A stretch of DNA of 26,270 bases from a virus (lineage: Duplodnaviria; Caudoviricetes). Where the stretch lies: positions 1 to 26,270 of the IMG/VR virus record IMGVR_UViG_3300048611_000148. One strand, given 5' to 3'. The notes beneath the pieces were generated by a model. It ran no database searches. It was not told where the DNA came from and worked only from the letters and a program-made list of their open reading frames with translations. Both the position numbers and the translations under genes were made by a program. Shown here piece after piece: positions 7,587-15,908 of the stretch (positions are counted from its first letter, which is position 1; every line of letters begins with the position of its first letter).

Positions 7587-7957
7587 GGGCTATCTCTGGT
7601 CGCCCGTGTACATCCGCACGATGCCGACGCGCCGCGCCGTAAAAACGAGCCATACGTGATGATTTCTTTGCCGCAGTCGCATTTGCACCGCCATTTGAGA
7701 CCGTGTCTCGTAGCGCCCGCTCGACCGAGGGCAACGAGCATGCCAAATCTTTTTCCCTTGATGTCTTTGATTCTGCGTTCGCTGAGGGCGCACCCGCAGG
7801 ATGTGTTGCCGCCGCTCTGAAGCGCGGCGGTAGTGGACACTCGCGTACCGCCACAATCACAGCGGCAAAGCCAAAGATAGTGACCGCCTGCGTTCTTGCC
7901 GCGACCGTCAGTTACCGTCAGCAATCCGAATCTCTTGCCGACGAGATCGGAACGCAT
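7565..7957 (-). CDS. Tandem Cys-rich domains of HNH/AP2-endonuclease N-terminal type, no nuclease domain
   Basis: Two copies of D(L/I)xGKRFGxL..WxCxCDCG..SCGC. Confidence 0.8.
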   Translation of the reverse strand: MRSDLVGKRFGLLTVTDGRGKNAGGHYLWLCRCDCGGTRVSTTAALQSGGNTSCGCALSERRIKDIKGKRFGMLVALGRAGATRHGLKWRCKCDCGKEIITYGSFLRRGASASCGCTRATRDSPCALNST

Positions 7958-7960
7958 GGC

Positions 7961-8182
7961 TTACTCGACATCCACTCGATATTCCGAGTCGCCGACTTCG
8001 CGCGCATACGAGCCCGGAACGACCGCGCCGTCGCGGTATTCGATCGCTCCCTCAAGGGCACCGTACACGTCGTCGCCGATATCTGCGGCGCAATCGACGA
8101 TCCGGTTGCCCTGGAGTTCGCCGGTGCCGACCTGGGCCCAACGGCCGTCATTGATTCGCTCGTGGATGCTGACCTTGTTCAT
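7961..8182 (-). CDS. Small acidic hypothetical protein
   Basis: AGGAG SD; first gene of the leftward unit. Confidence 0.7.
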   Translation of the reverse strand: MNKVSIHERINDGRWAQVGTGELQGNRIVDCAADIGDDVYGALEGAIEYRDGAVVPGSYAREVGDSEYRVDVE

Positions 8183-8230
8183 CGTTCTTCTCCTCGAAAG
8201 GGGCCACTACCTCAGCGACCATGTGGCTAC

Positions 8231-8258
8231 AGTATCATAATCTGCGACGGTGTGTCAA
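8231..8258 (-). promoter_or_regulatory. Sigma70 promoter for the leftward 3-gene unit
   Basis: Minus strand TTGACA-16-GATACT. Confidence 0.6.
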
Positions 8259-8261
8259 CAA

Positions 8262-9440
8262 ATGAGACTTACGGGATACGCGTATACATTCGCTGCGGCG
8301 ACACTGCTGTGCGCGGCTATTGCGTATGCCGACGGCACGACCGAGCACCAGACCGCCGTCAAACTCTACCGCGGCAGCACGATCATCGCGGCCAGCGATC
8401 CCAATCACCGCGAGTACCAACCCGATTTCACGATGCCGGTGTGCTTGGGCCTGAAAACCAAGTTGGGCGACGCGGAGAAATTGGCCAGGGATGACGGCAA
8501 GTCAACGTACAAGTGCCAACTGGAAGATCGGGACATCATTGCGTTCCATCCGGCGCCAACCGCGACCTGCGGCACCAAGCCCGCCGACGAACAGCGCCAA
8601 CAGACCTGCCCAGCCGGCACCGTGGGCACCTGGCTCCAGGATAGCGTCTACACCCTGCAACCTTACCCCGACTGCTGGGTACAGGGCGACTGGTCACCGA
8701 GCTCGCCGCCAGCCGGCATGTGCGCCCCAATCACGCCCGCGTTGACACTCAAAATCAACGCCGGCGGCCCCGCCATCAGTGACTACGTGGCGGATCGCCA
8801 CTACGTCAACGGGTTGACCACCAACAACTGCAACCGCACGTGGTCCGGCATCTTTGCCACGCGCCGCTACGTTCCAGCCCCAGGCACGCTGCGCTATCGC
8901 ATCCCGGTAGCCAATGGCCAATATACCGTCCGCTTGCTGTGGCGTGAGTGCTGGAATTCGGTGGCCGGCAAACGCGTGCTGTCGGCAACCATTGAAGGCG
9001 CGCAGATCGCAGCCCTGGACACGTACCGGCCCGCTGGCGACGTCATCGTCGAAGAGCGTGTGGTGAGCGTCACCGATGGCGCGATCGACGTTGCTGTGAC
9101 ATCTGTGACCGGCGACGCCATGATCAATGGCATCGATGTGGTGGCGGGCGGGTCTGTGCCAACGCCTGAGCCGCAGCCGGCGACGGGCACTGCCGCGCTC
9201 ACCTGGACGTCACCGACGCAGAACACCGATAACTCGGCGCTCACCGATCTCGCGGGCTATCGAATCTCCTACGGCACGACGCCCGATCTTGCCCAGGTTG
9301 TGCAACTCTCGAATCCCGCGTTGAGCGGCTACACCATCGAGCGGTTGTCGCCGGGTACGTGGTATTTCAGCATCAAGGCTTACACAGCCAAGGGCAACGA
9401 GAGCGTGTCGTCGGGCACCGTTTCCAAGGTCGTCAAATGA
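8262..9440 (+). CDS. Exported protein: signal peptide, Cys-rich region, malectin-like domain and fibronectin type III domain
   Basis: MRLTGYAYTFAAATLLCAAIAYA signal. KINAGG..YVADRHY..YRIPVANGQYTVRL.. (malectin). LTWTSPTQNTDNSALTDLAGYRISYG..PGTWYFSIKAY (FN3). Confidence 0.82.
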   Translation: MRLTGYAYTFAAATLLCAAIAYADGTTEHQTAVKLYRGSTIIAASDPNHREYQPDFTMPVCLGLKTKLGDAEKLARDDGKSTYKCQLEDRDIIAFHPAPTATCGTKPADEQRQQTCPAGTVGTWLQDSVYTLQPYPDCWVQGDWSPSSPPAGMCAPITPALTLKINAGGPAISDYVADRHYVNGLTTNNCNRTWSGIFATRRYVPAPGTLRYRIPVANGQYTVRLLWRECWNSVAGKRVLSATIEGAQIAALDTYRPAGDVIVEERVVSVTDGAIDVAVTSVTGDAMINGIDVVAGGSVPTPEPQPATGTAALTWTSPTQNTDNSALTDLAGYRISYGTTPDLAQVVQLSNPALSGYTIERLSPGTWYFSIKAYTAKGNESVSSGTVSKVVK

Positions 9441-9658
9441 CTTGGCGTGAAGCGATGGACGCCGCCGCCAAGGCGTATCTCACCGACCTGCTCGAGCACA
9501 CCGGCTGGAACGTCGCCGCTGCCGCGAGAATCGCCGGGCTCAATCGCACGGACATGTTCAAGCGCTTGCGGCGTCATGGTGTGCGCAGGCCGCAACCTTA
9601 TGCAGTACGGGGAGCCTTGAGCCTGCGGACAAACCGCTGCGCCGCCGTGCCATCGTAA
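9437..9658 (+). CDS. Stand-alone Fis-family HTH protein
   Basis: AYLTDLLEHTGWNVAAAARIAGLNRTDMFKRLRRHGV; ATGA-coupled to the upstream gene. Confidence 0.8.
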   Translation: MTWREAMDAAAKAYLTDLLEHTGWNVAAAARIAGLNRTDMFKRLRRHGVRRPQPYAVRGALSLRTNRCAAVPS

Positions 9659-10341
9659 GCGGTCCAGGCCGCATCGAAGATTCGGTTATAGACCGCTTCG
9701 ATTCGCCACCGCGGCGGCCACATGGTGCGCGCCCAGGTGTATTCGAGTTGCTCAGCCCACGTCGTCGCCGGGAAGAACTGACGTAGCCAGTCATTGACCT
9801 TGAGGTCGAGGACGAGGTGATAGCGCGCCTCGTCGCCGTCGTTGCGGACGAAGTGCCATTTGGAAAAATTGACGTAGTAGAAGCGCCCCGGCCGCATCGT
9901 GATCACCTCACCGCCGACGTGAAACGTGACTTTCGGATTAGTGATGATTGGCACATGCAAGCGGACTTGGTTGAACGCCAAGCAACCCACCTCGGCGTTG
10001 ACGTCTCGGTGCAAACCGATGCCAGCGCCGGGCGCGAGTTTCAGGATGCGGACTCGGCCCTGCGGGCACTTGAAGTAGTCGAGGATTTCGCGGAAGTACG
10101 GCAGCTGATCGACCAGTGGCGTACGTACGAACTCGCTGAAATCCCATGACGGGCGCTGTGACTCGCGGCCTGACATTTCGCCGTGCTTGGAGACCAGTAA
10201 TGCGGCGCGCCAACCGCGGTCAAGGGTCGGGTCGTAGTGGTCGAGCAGCTTGTTTTCGTCGATCTTCTTCAGGTCAGCTTTCATGCGATCGACGTCGAAT
10301 TTGAACGGGAACGCGTCGGTTAGATCGATCCAGGTTTTCAT
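9598..10341 (-). CDS. Aspartyl/asparaginyl beta-hydroxylase-like 2OG-Fe(II) oxygenase
   Basis: RVRILKLAPGAGIGLHRD..RLHVPIITNP..HFVRNDG..RYHLVLD gives the HxD..H facial triad and 2OG-binding Arg. Confidence 0.88.
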   Translation of the reverse strand: MKTWIDLTDAFPFKFDVDRMKADLKKIDENKLLDHYDPTLDRGWRAALLVSKHGEMSGRESQRPSWDFSEFVRTPLVDQLPYFREILDYFKCPQGRVRILKLAPGAGIGLHRDVNAEVGCLAFNQVRLHVPIITNPKVTFHVGGEVITMRPGRFYYVNFSKWHFVRNDGDEARYHLVLDLKVNDWLRQFFPATTWAEQLEYTWARTMWPPRWRIEAVYNRIFDAAWTAYDGTAAQRFVRRLKAPRTA

Positions 10342-10440
10342 TGCTATACCCCTATCCATTTGTCCCCCGGATCGTAGAGGAAATCGCCGGCAAAAACCCG
10401 GCCGAGTTCACTTAACGCCACCGTCGGATTCTTTAACACG

Positions 10441-11454
10441 ATGAGCTTTTTCCTAACTCGCTCGACAGCTGCGCAGGGCGGTGGGGGCGGCGGTGATCTG
10501 GTCGACGGGCAGGCATTCACCATTACTGGATCGGGGTTGGGGACACGCGCTGACAACAATGACGGCGACTACACCTTTGCCGGTGTGCGCCACATCCACA
10601 AGCGCTTCACGCGATTCGAGAATGCGTTCCCCGCGAATGGCTCTTCTCGGGCAACGTTCGAGAGTGATTCAAACGGCAAGGGGTTCGCTCCTTGCGGAGC
10701 GGCATTCGCGTTTGCGGACACCCCAAGCACTGAGGGGGTATCCATCGAGACGGGCGGCCCGTCAACGAGCGGGAAGTTCCTGCGGAAGGTGGGGAACTCC
10801 TTCGCCGACGAAGGCGGCATTATCGTTGACGTAACGCTTCCGACTCCGGCTGAAGCATATGTTTGCTATAAGGCGCGAGGTGGCACGGACGGGTCGAAGA
10901 TTTTTCGTTATTGGATCGCCAGTGACGATGGTAATTTCTTCCTAGGCACTGGCGGCATACAAAGAGACGACCCGCAGGGAAGCTGGCCGTTCGATTCGAC
11001 CGCATTCACCAGCGGCTCTTCGACCGGATGGCAGGACAGCACTACAGATTGGAACCGTCATGAGCTGATTCTGCATGTAGCGAACGAATCGAAGCTCCGC
11101 GTCAGCGGCACTGCGGTCACGTTCGAGTGTTACACGGGCGGCAATCCCAGCAACGAAAGCACGCTCCCGATGATCACCTCGACCGACAACGGCGAGCAGG
11201 TTCATCTCACTTGGCCCAACTCAGTCAACGACGGTCTCGTGCGCGACTATGCGGACGTCTACGTTGATTTCACAGCGGCACGCGTCGAGGTAACCGACGG
11301 GAGCAAGACGGAGATTCAGGTGCTTACCTCATGGGCGGACACAGAGATCAATGGCGTGTTCAACAAAGGCGAACTCTCATCTGGTGCGGGAACTCGGTAC
11401 ACCTACAACGCCAGTGATGCTGTGATCAAAACCGAAAGCGTGACGATCGCGTAA
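10441..11454 (+). CDS. Hypothetical beta-rich protein (possible lectin-like virion appendage)
   Basis: 337 aa, G/S/T/D-rich; TAATG-coupled to the next gene. Confidence 0.65.
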   Translation: MSFFLTRSTAAQGGGGGGDLVDGQAFTITGSGLGTRADNNDGDYTFAGVRHIHKRFTRFENAFPANGSSRATFESDSNGKGFAPCGAAFAFADTPSTEGVSIETGGPSTSGKFLRKVGNSFADEGGIIVDVTLPTPAEAYVCYKARGGTDGSKIFRYWIASDDGNFFLGTGGIQRDDPQGSWPFDSTAFTSGSSTGWQDSTTDWNRHELILHVANESKLRVSGTAVTFECYTGGNPSNESTLPMITSTDNGEQVHLTWPNSVNDGLVRDYADVYVDFTAARVEVTDGSKTEIQVLTSWADTEINGVFNKGELSSGAGTRYTYNASDAVIKTESVTIA

Positions 11455-12080
11455 TGGCCGTCTACTCGAAAACCTTTGTCGGCACTGACGGCACCGATCT
11501 TCCGTCACACGATGCCGATTGGGTCGCCACATCCGGGGCACCGCCCAATCTTGAGATTCAAGGCAACACTGCCACGGGTACGGATTCAGGCGGTTCGTTT
11601 AACTCGAACCGCCTGAATCAAGCGGTCACCACGGCTCACTACGTCAAGTGCACGCCGCATGCTTCGTATGCGGAGTACGTCGGCGGCACCGTGCGCCACC
11701 AGGCAGGTGCAAATAGCTATTTCTACCTTATCCGCCGCAATGACGGTGTGGTCTTTTGCGGCGAATTGATCGCAGGCAGCGCCACCGATTGGGACGCCGG
11801 GACGGCAGGATTTACGACAAGCGACACGTACGAACTACACGCCGATGCCAGCACGAGCACGACCTTTTACTTAAAAAAGAACGGAACGACTGTCACGACA
11901 TTCACTAGCAAGAGCGCGCTGTCAGGCGGCAGTGTCGGTATTTGCGCGGTCAACGTCCTGGCTTCCCAGGGATTGAGTGCATGGGAGGGTGGTGATGTTG
12001 CTGGCGGTGGCAGTACAGGCCGAGGGAGATTAGTTGGCGGTAAATTGGTTGGTGGCAATCTCCTTGGGAGAGCGGCATGA
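11454..12080 (+). CDS. Putative ConA-like beta-sandwich virion protein
   Basis: Beta-strand pattern ending LSGGSVGI..LSAWEGGD; operon coupling. Confidence 0.6.
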   Translation: MAVYSKTFVGTDGTDLPSHDADWVATSGAPPNLEIQGNTATGTDSGGSFNSNRLNQAVTTAHYVKCTPHASYAEYVGGTVRHQAGANSYFYLIRRNDGVVFCGELIAGSATDWDAGTAGFTTSDTYELHADASTSTTFYLKKNGTTVTTFTSKSALSGGSVGICAVNVLASQGLSAWEGGDVAGGGSTGRGRLVGGKLVGGNLLGRAA

Positions 12081-13582
12081 GAGATATCGCGCTGGAAGAC
12101 ACCTTTGACTCTAAATTTACGACGGCGGAACCCGACACCGGCGCGCCGGCAACACTATCGGGAACGCCTGTCGTCTCGGCCTATGTGGGCAACTCAGCGA
12201 CTCAGATCACCGCGGGGATTACGCTCAGCGCGGACTTCGATGGCGTTACCGGGTTTAACAACGTGCGCGTTGTGGCTACGGCCGCCAACGGCTACGCGGA
12301 CAACACAGACGTGTCGCTCGTGATTACTACGGGCACTGTCGACGGCAACAGCGCCGTTGGCTATGTCATCGAGCAGTTCACGATCGGGCGCGGCGCGGCG
12401 TACAGGCGACTCGGTGCCCCGGCTGGCGCTTCGGTCTCGGCAGACATCGCAGCAGTTGAGGCACAGACAGACGATATTGGAGCGGCGGGCGCTGGATTGA
12501 CGGCGATTCCTTGGAACGCCGCGTGGGATGCCGAGGTGCAGAGCGAATGCGCTGATGCACTGACGGCATACGACCCGCCAACCAACACGGAGCTTATCGC
12601 AGAGATCGACGCGGTACAGTCCGACATCGCCGGTATCACGGCTGGCACATCGCCCGACGTGCTTGTTGATACAACCATTGCGACGCTGGCCACGCAAACG
12701 AGCTTTACGCTGACGGCCGGCAGCGCTGACGACGACGCCTACAACGGCATGGCGGTGATTTTCACCGATCAGGCGACCGCGGATCAAAAGTGGGTGTGCT
12801 TCGTCAGCGACTACACGGGCAGCACGAAGACGGTCACGCTTGAAAGCGCTCCAGGCTTCACCATTGCCACGGGCGATGAGGTGGCGATCATGGCAGCCGG
12901 TGGCTCAACGAGCGTGCCAGTAACGGCGGCGTTGGCCGATGGTGGCATTACCGCCGCAAAGATTGGAGCCAATGCGTTCAACGCCTCTAAGTTCGACCCG
13001 GATGTGACGACCGAACTCCAGAGCGGACTAGCCACGGCCGCCGCGTTGGCGACAGTGGACAGCAATGTTGACGCGATTCTGCTCGACACCGCAGAGATCG
13101 GCACTGCAGGTGCTGGCCTGACCAACATCAACCTCCCGAATCAGACAATGGATATCGTCGGCAACATCACCGGCAACCTGTCGGGGTCGGTGGGATCAGT
13201 CACTGGCGCGGTAGGTTCAGTTACGGGCGCTGTCGGAAGCGTCACGGGCAACGTTGACGGAAACGTTACTGGAACCATTGGCGGCCTCGCGACTCAGGCC
13301 AAGGCCGATGTCAATGCCGAGGTCGATGCCGCTGTCGCCGATCTTGTGTCTGGAATCATCACTGGCGCAGCCGCAACGGGAACGCTGTCCACGACCCAGG
13401 CCACCACGGACCTGACCGGTTATGCAGATGATCAATTTATCGGCCGCATCGTTATCTGGCTGAGCGGAGCCTGCGAGGGCGAGGCGAGCGATATCACGGA
13501 CTATGCCAATGCCAGCGGGCTGCTGACGTTCACCGCTCTGACGACAGCGCCCGGTAACGGCGATTTGTTTAAAATCGTGTAG
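12077..13582 (+). CDS. Acidic Ala/Thr/Gly-rich putative virion fibre protein with internal repeats
   Basis: 501 aa; VGSVTGA repeats; two copies of a DD..G..(V/I)..(S/T)DY..GD domain. Confidence 0.7.
   Translation: MRDIALEDTFDSKFTTAEPDTGAPATLSGTPVVSAYVGNSATQITAGITLSADFDGVTGFNNVRVVATAANGYADNTDVSLVITTGTVDGNSAVGYVIEQFTIGRGAAYRRLGAPAGASVSADIAAVEAQTDDIGAAGAGLTAIPWNAAWDAEVQSECADALTAYDPPTNTELIAEIDAVQSDIAGITAGTSPDVLVDTTIATLATQTSFTLTAGSADDDAYNGMAVIFTDQATADQKWVCFVSDYTGSTKTVTLESAPGFTIATGDEVAIMAAGGSTSVPVTAALADGGITAAKIGANAFNASKFDPDVTTELQSGLATAAALATVDSNVDAILLDTAEIGTAGAGLTNINLPNQTMDIVGNITGNLSGSVGSVTGAVGSVTGAVGSVTGNVDGNVTGTIGGLATQAKADVNAEVDAAVADLVSGIITGAAATGTLSTTQATTDLTGYADDQFIGRIVIWLSGACEGEASDITDYANASGLLTFTALTTAPGNGDLFKIV
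13190..13252 (+). repeat. Three 21-nt in-frame units encoding VGSVTG(A/N)
   Basis: Units at 13190, 13211 and 13232, synonymously diverged. Confidence 0.8.
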
Positions 13583-13584
13583 CA

Positions 13585-14040
13585 ATGTCGCTTTCCGGCG
13601 CTCAAGTCACCCGGCTGTGGCCCTATGGCGGGCCAGGCCATAACTATGGCTCATTCGCTGGGAAGACCGAGGGCGGCGACACCACCCCCGATCAGTTCAG
13701 CTTCACCGATCAGTCAGGCGTTGCACTGTCGAGCACGATCACCAGCGCACCGATCACGGTTACTGGTATCGATGCAGCTGCTGACATCACGGTCAGCGGG
13801 GATGCGTCGAGCCTTTACGACATCAACGAGAGCGGCACGTTCACGGCTGATCCGGGCACGGTCGAAAACGGGGATACGGTCAGGGCGCGACACACGAGCA
13901 GTGCGAGCTATCTCACCGCTACGAATACGGTGGTCACGATTGGCGGGGTGGCGGATACGTTCCGAAGCATTACCGAGGGCGATCCAGCCCAAGCCGCCTA
14001 CATCAAGCGGCCATTCAGTCTCAACTGGTGGAGTCATTAA
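13585..14040 (+). CDS. Ig-like/beta-sandwich putative virion protein
   Basis: DTTPDQFSFTDQ..ITVTGI..GTVENGDTV..VTIGGV.DTF module. Confidence 0.65.
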   Translation: MSLSGAQVTRLWPYGGPGHNYGSFAGKTEGGDTTPDQFSFTDQSGVALSSTITSAPITVTGIDAAADITVSGDASSLYDINESGTFTADPGTVENGDTVRARHTSSASYLTATNTVVTIGGVADTFRSITEGDPAQAAYIKRPFSLNWWSH

Positions 14041-14369
14041 TGGGTACGCCTGTTCTCAAGCGTTTAGGCGCGACTGATGCTGACAATGCGGCTGTGTTCG
14101 AGATCACCTCAAACGGCGATCAGTACGACACGTGGCAGTTGGGTTCAAGCGCTGGCGCCATGGATGTGTTCGTCGCTGGCGATGGGACCAATTACCTGTC
14201 AGCCGCTGTTGCCCTGATCGACCTGGGCTCTACCGCGCCATCGACCGCCGTCGTTGAAACCACGGCCGGTGGTCACTACGGCATTCGCGGGCGCTGGCCG
14301 AAGATCATCGTACGGCAGAAGGGCGCAACCGCGGTGGTTGGGGCTTATCTGATCGGGTATGAAAGCTAG
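14040..14369 (+). CDS. Small beta-rich hypothetical virion protein
   Basis: TAATG coupling; GGAG SD. Confidence 0.65.
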   Translation: MGTPVLKRLGATDADNAAVFEITSNGDQYDTWQLGSSAGAMDVFVAGDGTNYLSAAVALIDLGSTAPSTAVVETTAGGHYGIRGRWPKIIVRQKGATAVVGAYLIGYES

Positions 14370-14378
14370 GAGAATATC

Positions 14379-14882
14379 GTGAGTGAGGCGCAGGAGACTT
14401 CGCCTGGGAGACCGACCAAGTACAAGTCCGAGTACGTGGACTTGGCCTACAAGTTCTGCCTGATGGGCGCTACCAACGAAAAGCTGGCCGAATTCTTCGA
14501 TGTTGCTACTGCTACGGTCAGCAATTGGATGAATGAGCACGCTGATTTTTTGGACGCCGTAAAAAGGGGCCGAGTCCAGGCTGACGGTGAAATCGCTCAC
14601 GCGCTGTATCACCGCGCCAAGGGCTACTCACACAAGGCCGTGAAAATATTCGCTGACGTGAAGACTGGCGATGAGAAGATCGTCGAGTACACCGAGCACT
14701 ATCCACCGGACACCGCCGCAGCCTTCATCTGGCTGAAGAATCGGGCGGGCTGGAGAGATCGCCAAGAGCACACCGGCGCCGACGGCAAAGACCTAATCCC
14801 CGAAATGAACGAGACGGAGATAGCCCGTCGCATTGCCTTTGCGCTTCAGCAAGGCGCGCAGGCGCAGGAGCAGCAGAAGTGA
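14379..14882 (+). CDS. Terminase small subunit
   Basis: GRPTKY..CLMGAT..LAEFFDV..PPDTAAAFIWLKNR..WRD..EHTGADG; AGGAG SD. Confidence 0.92.
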   Translation: MSEAQETSPGRPTKYKSEYVDLAYKFCLMGATNEKLAEFFDVATATVSNWMNEHADFLDAVKRGRVQADGEIAHALYHRAKGYSHKAVKIFADVKTGDEKIVEYTEHYPPDTAAAFIWLKNRAGWRDRQEHTGADGKDLIPEMNETEIARRIAFALQQGAQAQEQQK

Positions 14883-15038
14883 TGCGGAAGGATGGTGGGC
14901 CTAGGTCCTCATTTATTCCCCCGGCTGTGAGGACTCCGCGGCGTGCCGGGACAGATGCTGCCGTGTCAGCCCACCCGGGCAGCCAACGGACTTTAATAGT
15001 AACCCATGAGCATCACGCAATACGCACCAGGAGCCGAA

Positions 15039-15176
15039 ATGAAAACACACAGGTTCGAGGAGTTCGACCGCAGCGCGCGAGTAGTACGTGTATTCACGCG
15101 CGTCAGGTGGCAATCGGCCAATCGGCTGTCGCAATACGACAAGCATCTGCTGAATCGGAAGCCGCCAAGGCGATAA
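15039..15176 (+). CDS. Putative 45-aa basic small protein (MKTHRFEEFDRSARVVRVF...)
   Basis: AGGAG 5 nt before the ATG; below the ORF-track length cutoff. Confidence 0.4.
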   Translation: MKTHRFEEFDRSARVVRVFTRVRWQSANRLSQYDKHLLNRKPPRR

Positions 15177-15323
15177 GTGGGATTTTCGGATTATCCGACT
15201 CGGTGCCATTTCTGACGAAGTGGGAAAACCCAGCGCTCGGGCGATAGGGCGCACAGCAGCCGACAGGACGCGGCACAAGCAGAGTTTCGACTCACAAGCA
15301 GTTTCACTACTGAGGATATCGTT

Positions 15324-15908
15324 ATGGGTGTTCAGATTCTCACGGAGCTGCATGGGCGGCTGATCGGACTGGATAGCGAAGGGCGACTGGTTGTCCCGGC
15401 CGGGATTGTCTCAGGCGACGGCCTTTCGGCTGGCGCAGGCATTACCGACGGCGATGGCGCGGTGTACCGGTCTGTCGTCGTCAAGCAAGACGGCCTCATC
15501 AAGACGCAAATCTACGTCGACCTGACTGGCTTGTCGTCCTCAACTACCGATCTCGACATCATCGGCGTTGGCACAGCGGTGGCGCACCTCGGGCAACACA
15601 CGGTCGCTCGGAATGGGATTCTGTTTGCCGGCAGAGTGATCTGTCTCGAACTGCCAGCCGGGGGCGTGACCGACATCGATCTCTACGCCGCAACCGAGGG
15701 CACTGGGGCATTCGACACTGGCATCGCTACCCTGACGGAGACAGCTCTGCTGACGAAGGGTGGGGCTTGGTCAGCGCGTACGGTGTCGGCGCTCACGGCG
15801 CTGCCGGCCGCAAATCAGTATCTGTATCTGACGGGCGGCGCGGCGGGAACGGCGGCCCCCTACACGGCTGGCCAGTTCCTGATCGAACTCGAGGGCTACG
15901 AGGCCTAA
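15324..15908 (+). CDS. Hypothetical protein, probable capsid decoration/jelly-roll protein
   Basis: GAGGA SD; ILTELHGRLIGLD N-terminus and YLYLT..YTAGQFLIELEGY C-terminus. Confidence 0.65.
   Translation: MGVQILTELHGRLIGLDSEGRLVVPAGIVSGDGLSAGAGITDGDGAVYRSVVVKQDGLIKTQIYVDLTGLSSSTTDLDIIGVGTAVAHLGQHTVARNGILFAGRVICLELPAGGVTDIDLYAATEGTGAFDTGIATLTETALLTKGGAWSARTVSALTALPAANQYLYLTGGAAGTAAPYTAGQFLIELEGYEA

Noticed and set aside
7703-8494. 263-aa plus-strand ORF, and long antisense ORFs such as 17736-18497 and 20049-20792
   Set aside because: Shadows of well-supported genes in GC-rich DNA.
14894-14995. HDV-like ribozyme
   Set aside because: A 7-bp G-started P1 is present, but the P1.1, L3 and P2 elements do not fit.
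15212-15235. Hammerhead ribozyme core (CTGACGA plus hairpin)
   Set aside because: No GAAA after stem II and no supporting stems I/III.
14879-15247. 122-aa ORF after terS
   Set aside because: Non-protein-like composition; overlaps a structured segment and a better SD-led small ORF.
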